Shown here: positions 56,698-64,000 of the stretch, piece by piece | How the letters are laid out: each line of letters begins with the position of its first letter | Numbering within the stretch: the stretch's first letter is position 1 | NCBI RefSeq assembly: GCF_964355755.1 | Contig: NC_092678.1 | Coordinates: forward strand, 25,871,365-25,935,364 | DNA: 64,000 bases | Reading direction: 5' to 3' | DNA from: Antedon mediterranea | Taxonomy: Eukaryota; Animalia; Echinodermata | Made by a program: the position numbers and the translations under genes | The notes under the pieces: model-generated | The model's input: only the letters and a program-made list of their open reading frames with translations | Databases searched by the model: none | Told to the model about the DNA's origin: nothing

Positions 56698-56852
56698 GCT
56701 TGACAAGACAAGAATTTTTGATTACAAAAAAAAATAAATGTTACATTATTGATTGTTTGGAACTGAGAATTTGAATATGATGTCACAGTCATAGGATTTA
56801 TTATGATTTATTTTTTTTTTTAATTTAAAGAATTGAATTTGATTCGTTCAAA

Positions 56853-59800
56853 ATGAGCCGCTTTGGAGTACCAGTTTTTCCATCAAGTAGGGACACTCCA
56901 TCTCAGGGATACAGTGGTCATATTCAAGAACATGTTCCAGATGAGTTACCACTGCCACCATATTCTACAAATGACAGAGGAATCTATAGACCAACTCACG
57001 ATAATAGATCTAGTTACAATAACAGATCTTATTATGATGTTGACAATTCTGTGCAGCGTCAATCAGCCAATCAGCAATCATCTAAACTTGGTAATTATCA
57101 ATCAAACCAACAAACACCGAGCAATGTTCATAACCATGTACCACCACCAACTTACCATTCACCAAAAAACTTCAATAGCCAGAGAATAAGACCTGAAGCA
57201 GTGAATGAAATCCGCAATCATAGAATTAGCCAAGCTGCATCTACTCTCCAATCACCAACTAAAGATAGTGGCAAACAAAGAATGAATTATGGAGCTGCTG
57301 ATAACAACCTGCATTCACCTACTAAGTATAGTAACCAGAATGTCAACCATGGATCAACTCTGCAATCAACAGTTGGACTTGGGAATCAACGGATTTACCA
57401 GTCAGATTCTGCTGGTAATCCTCAAAATGAACGGATTGATTATGGACCCACAAATTACTATCAATCCAAAAATAAATCTAATCAACAATCACCAACTCAA
57501 AGTGGTAGGGTTAATTATTTGGATGAACCCAACAACACCTTGGTTGGTAACAGTAGGATTAGCCATGCAATGTCAGGCAATGCTTATGCTCCAGCTGATG
57601 TCGGTAACCATGGGATTAGCCATGCAGTGGCAGGTAATCCTCAATCTCTAGCTGATGTTGGTAACCATAGGATTAGCCATGCAAAGGCAGCTAATGTTCA
57701 ATCTCCAGCTTATGCTAGTAACCATGGGATTAGCCAGGCAATGGCAGATATTGCTCATTCTCCAAATGAGGTTAGCAACCACAGGCTTAGCCATATGATG
57801 GCAGCTAATCCTCAATCTCTATCTGATGTCGGTAACCACAGGATTAACCATACAATAGCAGCAAATCCTCACTCTCTATCTGATGTCGGTAACCATAGAA
57901 TTAGCAATGCTCCAATGTATGCTAGTAACCATGGGATTAGAGATACAATGCCAGGTAATGATCATTCTCCAAACGAGGTTGGTAACCATAGGATTAGCCA
58001 TACAATTGGAGCCAGTGACCATTCTCCAAACGAGGTTGGTAACCGCAAGATAGGTCACACACCAGCAATCAGGCACCAATCATCAAAAAAGTTTGGTAGT
58101 CAGAAAAAGATAAATGGATATGCAGATAATCTCCAATCTCCTGGTGAGGTTGATAAACATGTTAAAAACCAGGCAGCTATTGCAACCCATATACCAGAGC
58201 AAGTTGCAAAAAACATGGATGGAGACGTAACTCATGACACAAAACCAAAAACACCGCCACAAGACACCCACCCATTTAGACTTCATAGGTCTTTACCTTT
58301 AAATGACACTGAAAGTACGCACCTGTTTACATTTTTGTTAAATCTGAACAATATTGATGGTCTACGAGAAACACCAGTAAGATCGTCAGTTGCCTCATAC
58401 CAAGGCCATAAATGGTATCTGACAACCGGCGTGTATTCAAACGATAATGGCGTGGAATTTCTAGGTGTATTCCTTTATTGGTTAACAACTCAGAACCATA
58501 ATGTGGGTGGTAATGAAGTGGAGATTAAGTGCCGAACAGATTATCGTATTATTGTTCGTAACGTCATCAATCCCGCAGAAAGTAAAATATCTGAAGGTGC
58601 TCAGATGGAGTACAGCCCTTCCATGACAACAGGATGGGGGAAGCGTGAATTGATAACGTTACATGAACTCTGTTCTCGTGGGAATGGTTTTATAAATGAA
58701 CCAGGGAGCTTAGTTATCGTTGAGTTAGCGATGAAGTCTTGTACAACTACTTTTGAACATCGCATAGATGTTTCACATCTCGGCACACAAACATTTCAAG
58801 ATCAGAGTCAATATCCAGCTCATTTCACCCCAAATTTTGCGCTTGGTGCTTATGAGTTCTATTTATCTGTTTACCCACGCGGTGATAGAGATAAAGCCAG
58901 AAATTGCGTGTCGATGTATCTTCATCGTTATTCAAGTTCCTCTGATCTTTTAGGCTGCAGAGTAAGATTTCGTTTTTTTGTTGGGAAGCGTGTTTCACCG
59001 TCAAGCGGTGCCTCATTTGATTACGTTTTCAAAGAAAACAAAGGATACGGTAAATACAAAGCATTTGAACCGCTTACTAATACTGATTTTATGAATCGGT
59101 CATCAATTTTGACTATTGGTGTAGATATTGTATCAATTACACCACTTGCTCAGGTTGAAGTACCTTTAGTTACAAGAGGTTATTACCATACTGACAACTT
59201 TGTGTTTGATGAGGTAGTCTTCCCTGACCATCTTTTTAACTATTGGAAGCTTTCTGTAGATAACAGCAACGCAATGCTTCAATTCAAGTTTGATACAGAG
59301 GATAAGGAAATGTTACAAACTACAGACAAGAGTTGCACCAAATTTTTACAATGGAGAGCGTTTGTCATTTCACGTAAAGATAAAAAGAAAAGTAAAGCAG
59401 TGCTGGCATGCCCTTTGACCTCATTCTTTTCAAGACATCTTTTTGATACTGAAATCACCATGTCCACTCAGATTCCATTGCAAACTGTAAGTATTATCAG
59501 TTTTTTTAATCATTAGTTTTAAATTAACTATGACTTGTCAGAATCAATGTAAATTTATAATAAAATATACAGCACTATTGAAGGTAGTCATGTGATGCAG
59601 TTTCAACCAATCACGTTCACGTATTTACATAGGCTATGTAATATACAGCACTGTTGAAGGAAACAAAGTGCTTACTATAGTATTTTGTTTTATAAATCAT
59701 AAATGGTGTACTAGTATAATATACAGCACTATTGAAGGTAACAAAGTGCTTACTATAGTATTTGTTTTATAAATCATAAATGGTGTACTAGTATACAAAT

Positions 59801-62800
59801 AATGAATGTTTATGAGTGCAATGGTACAAATAATGGCACGAGGTGAATGATGAAAGGTTATATCAACGAGGCAAAGCCGAGTTGATATAACCTTTCATCA
59901 TTCACCAAGTGCCATTATTTGTACCATTACACGAATACAAAACATTCATTATTTGTTTTATATAACATCTAGACGTTTTTTTTTCGTACACAAAAATGTT
60001 TTAAAAAGTACTATTTAACGATCGTTGAATAGTGCGTACTATTGCACGCCATGTGACCCACATTCGTCCAATCAAATGACAGGAATTTATATAGGTGTTA
60101 TATAATATAATATACAGCACTATTGAAGGTAACAAAGTGCTTACTATAGTATTTGTTTTATAAATCATAAATGGTGTACTAGTATAATATACAGCACTAT
60201 TGAAGGAAACAAAGTGCTTACTATAGTATTTTGTTTTATAAATCATAAATGGTGTACTAGTATAATATACAGCACTATTGAAGGTAACAAAGTGCTTACT
60301 ATAGTATTTTGTTTTATAAATCATAAATGGTGTACTAGTATAATATACAGCACTATTGAAGGTAACAAAGTGCTTACTATAGTATTTGTTTTATAAATCA
60401 TAAATGGTGTACTAGTATAATATACAGCACTATTGAAGGAAACAAAGTGCTTACTATAGTATTTGTTTTACAGTATAAATCATAAATGGTGTACTAGTAT
60501 AATATTGCCAATTAAACTGTTCACAAAGGAACAGTATAAAGCAAAGGTCAAATCAAAGGAACAGTATAAAGCAAAGGTCAAATCACCAAACATTCAAGTC
60601 AAATTAATTGAATTTGCTTCCTGATTGAGTAGTTGAGCATTTCGTGTAAATCCCTGGATATTTATGGAATGTGTCTTTAGAGAGAACCATCATATCAATC
60701 TTTTAATTCAAAGTTAATATTGATTATTTTTGGGCTTGTAAAAAGAGCAATGCTAGATAAAAAATTGTTTCTACCACTCCTTGCATGCAGTGCTACTGTG
60801 AAGCTATAAGTACAGTATAGATAAATTAGACCATAGAGATAATATCTCTATGATTAGACTTACAGTGAGGTACTGTACTGGAGCTGATACTACTGTAAGA
60901 TGTTTGTCAATATATAATTAATTACATACTGTTTGTATCTTTGACTAATTAAATATAATTACACACCTGACAGATAATAAAACTTGATTATAAATATAGA
61001 CATTATCAGCTGTCTTGTCATAAATAGCATATTCTTTGCATTGGTAACCCTGAGGAGGGGTGGGGGCCGAATGTAAAGTTGTACATTTTATGATAGTTAT
61101 AATGATTTTCAAAATCTAAATTATTAAAAGAATATAATTAACCACAAATTACTTATATTTTTTCTATATATTTGAATGTCTTAGGCCAAGGAATTAAATG
61201 GTGATTATTGCACCAAGCAAGAGCCTTCTTTGCTAATTCGAATTGAGATACTGGATTTACAAGACTTGCCAGAGGCAGTACATGAACAGCCTATACTTCA
61301 CTTTGAACGGATACAGCTTTATCATATGAGGTAGGTTCACATCAAAGTTATTGCAGCATAATAATTTATATAAAGGTCAATCTCCCATTTAAGATTAAAT
61401 AAATTACCATGCTACTGTAATGTTATTGATTCATTCTATTTTATGCTTGGAAGTTGCCAGGATAACATAATATTTATTGTAAATTAAACAGTATAATTTT
61501 TCACTGCAGAATTTCATCCCAATTTAACTAGTATTCAGAGTAAGGTTTTTTCACAGCGCCATTTAGTAAATTTAAACTCAGATTTATTTATCGGCTGGCT
61601 TTCGTCGTTACTATCGAATGGTAAAGAAAGATCGAAATAGGTCTGTAGAGTAAAACAAGAATATGTGCTGTTCAGTCGTGCTTCAGTGAGTTTTCCTAAT
61701 GAACAGAATTAATGAAACAATATGCAAACATCGATCTAGCTTGACTAAATGGAAATTGTGAGGTTACATTTAGGGAATTTACAGAATGCTAACATATCAT
61801 TAATTGTGAGGTTACATTTAGGGAATTTACAGAGTGCTAACATATCATTTACTAGATTTATTGAAACTATATAGATTATTTTTTGTTCTCTTTCTGCTGA
61901 AGAATTTTGCTTTTTTGCAAAGCCTCATGGGATATTATGAATGGCTGGGTGTTAGGTTACAATATTTTAGTGTGGCAAATCATTGTAACCAGTAGATTTA
62001 TATATTGTTTACACTGTGTATTAGTTGTGTATGTTGCTGAAGTATAGTTAGGTTTGTGTGCACACATTATGGTAATTTATTCATAATATTCATCTTCTTG
62101 ATGTTGGTGAATTTCTAATAAATATTCCCAGAATCCAGTTGTATAGTGCAGACTTAGGTCATGTGTTGCGTACTTATGTCATGTGTTGCTTATTTACCAT
62201 TGTTGCTTACTTAGTAATTAAGCTAACCCAAAGTAGCCATTCTTCCATCACACTTTACATAATAAAATAAACTAAACTTTTTTCTTAATTTTAGGGATGG
62301 TTTTCGCCGATGCATGAAAGTACAAAATAGATTGGAGGCACAGATAGAAGAATTAAAGAAAAAAATGAATGAACTACTTCAAGAAAGGAGAGTTGGTAAA
62401 GAAGAAGCATTCCAACACTTGCAAGCTATTCTGCAGGTAGCTATTGTACAGACCTCTTTCAAAACTAAATACTGACAAATGTAACCTGTTTAATTAAAAT
62501 GACACATTTCATTTTTCAGTTGCAATCTATTCTGCAGGTAGCTATTGCAGATCTCTTACAATACTAAATACTGACAAATGTAACCTATTTAATTAAAAAA
62601 GACACTTCATTTTTTCAGATGCACGAAAACGTACTTAATGCAACGTCACCAACAGCACTACCCCACAGTCTTGAGGTTCCATCAGAAGCTAGCGAGCCAC
62701 TCTCGGACTCAATTGATGGTAATTTGAATAACATGTCATGGTTACCACCCCCTTTTGTCAGCAGCCAGCATGTTCCTGAAACAATTGAAGCAGATCCACA

Positions 62801-62828
62801 TGCAGGGATAATGCAAACTGATTTATAA
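56853..62828 (+). CDS. Uncharacterized protein: repetitive disordered N-terminus, tandem MATH/TRAF-like domains, coiled coil, C-terminal TDL (~1043-1049 aa)
   Basis: Exons 56853-59486, 61185-61330, 62295-62436, (62520-62537), 62619-62828; MATH motifs GHKWYL..FLGVFLYW..GWGKRELI and FYLSVYPRG..CVSMYL..GYGKYKAF. Confidence 0.85.
59563..60505. repeat. ~77-bp minisatellite interrupted by a palindromic element
   Basis: AATATACAGCACTATTGAAGGTAACAAAGTGCTTACTATAGTATTTGTTTTATAAATCATAAATGGTGTACTAGTAT. Confidence 0.92.
59795..60105. mobile_element. Palindromic element (~160-bp hairpin) inserted in a minisatellite
   Basis: Arms 59795-59870 / 59880-59956 around a GGC-AAA-GCC apex; interrupts the 77-bp array. 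Confidence 0.7.
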
Positions 62829-63879
62829 AATAACACAACAATTTATTTGTAAAAAATAGTGACACAGATGTCATGAATGATTTGTTTTATTAACATCTGG
62901 AATTGGATGATTTTAAGTTGGAAATTATGGGCTGTCAACTGCAACTGGGATATAGACAATAGCAGTTATAACAATAGAGTTATAATGGGGTTGGGGTATG
63001 ATGATAAAAGACACTATTTTGAGTGTCGTCATATCTTCTCTTTTTACTGTATCTTTAGTATTCATGTATATAATCAATTATTAAAATTCAGGACATTATA
63101 CCTTGCTTTCAAATACAATAAAATATATACAGTATATATATATATAGTATATATGCTAAACCAAATAAGATACCCTTTCCACATTAAGAAGTTACAGCTT
63201 TCAAATACAATAAAATATATACAGTATACAGTATATATGCTAAACCAAATAAGATACCCTTTCCACATTAAGAAGTTACAGGGTTATCATTTATATACTA
63301 CAGTATTATGAATTCAAACAATAATGCTTTTCATGATTTTGGTGTATGTACCAAATTTAAAGTCAATTTTAGTTATATTGTATGATGTGCCTTATACTAA
63401 GAAGAGTAGTCATAACCTGTAATGATGACATATTGTATGGAACGCCTCCTCTGCCTTCAGTTCACATTTATCATGCAGTACACACCAATGGTCATAACCT
63501 GTAATGATGACATATTGTAGATACAGTAGTGGATTCTGTATATAAACTGTATATTATATTTTAATAATAATCTTATTATGTTGCCTTTGACTATTTTATC
63601 TTGACACCTTGCTTTTACTCCGTCTGTAATTCAGTGTTTATTTGCTCGTCAGCTGAATTTTAGTTTAGTATGAACTTAATGAAAATGATAAAATAATATA
63701 TAATTAATGCTAGTGTGCACTGAGTATTATGAAAATATAAAATTGATCAAATGTTTAGATAATGTAGACGTTTTAAACTGAAACTATTTATCATGTATAA
63801 ATTTTATATTCTTGAATTAAATTTGTATAGGTGGTAACTATATACAAACACAAATACCCTGATAAATAGATTTTCACCC

Positions 63880-64000
63880 CTAATCCTGGTCCAAGTACCT
63901 TTAAACTAATCCTGGTCCAAGTACCTTTAAACTAATCCTGGTCCAAGTACCTTTAAACTAATCCTGGTCCAAGTACCTTTAAACTAATCCTCGTCCAAGT
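63880..64000. repeat. 26-bp tandem repeat running off the window end
   Basis: CTAATCCTGGTCCAAGTACCTTTAAA. Confidence 0.9.

Overview
AT-rich, intron-containing animal (invertebrate-type) genomic DNA, not prokaryotic. About 48 kb of the + strand is the 3' part of an L-type voltage-gated calcium channel alpha1 (Cav1) gene. I traced 34 phase-consistent exons from the I-II linker (AID) to a stop at 48172; domain I lies upstream of the window. The gene has one U12-type intron and several candidate in-frame microexons with RBFOX motifs. Its introns hold an intact, very young Ty3/gypsy (Mag-like) LTR retrotransposon on the - strand, several MITEs and many minisatellites. One intron also holds a 1.2-kb intact sense ORF resembling LINE ORF1p (coiled coil + RRM), which has an in-frame splice acceptor and could be an alternative channel C-terminus. 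Downstream are an 8-exon HemK/HEMK1 glutamine methyltransferase gene and a multi-MATH-domain gene. A recurring theme is local tandem duplication across splice sites, including a duplicated intron that creates an in-frame 18-nt exon. There are also ~22-bp palindromes flanked by 7-bp direct repeats that look like P-superfamily excision footprints. All calls were made by eye; no searches were run.
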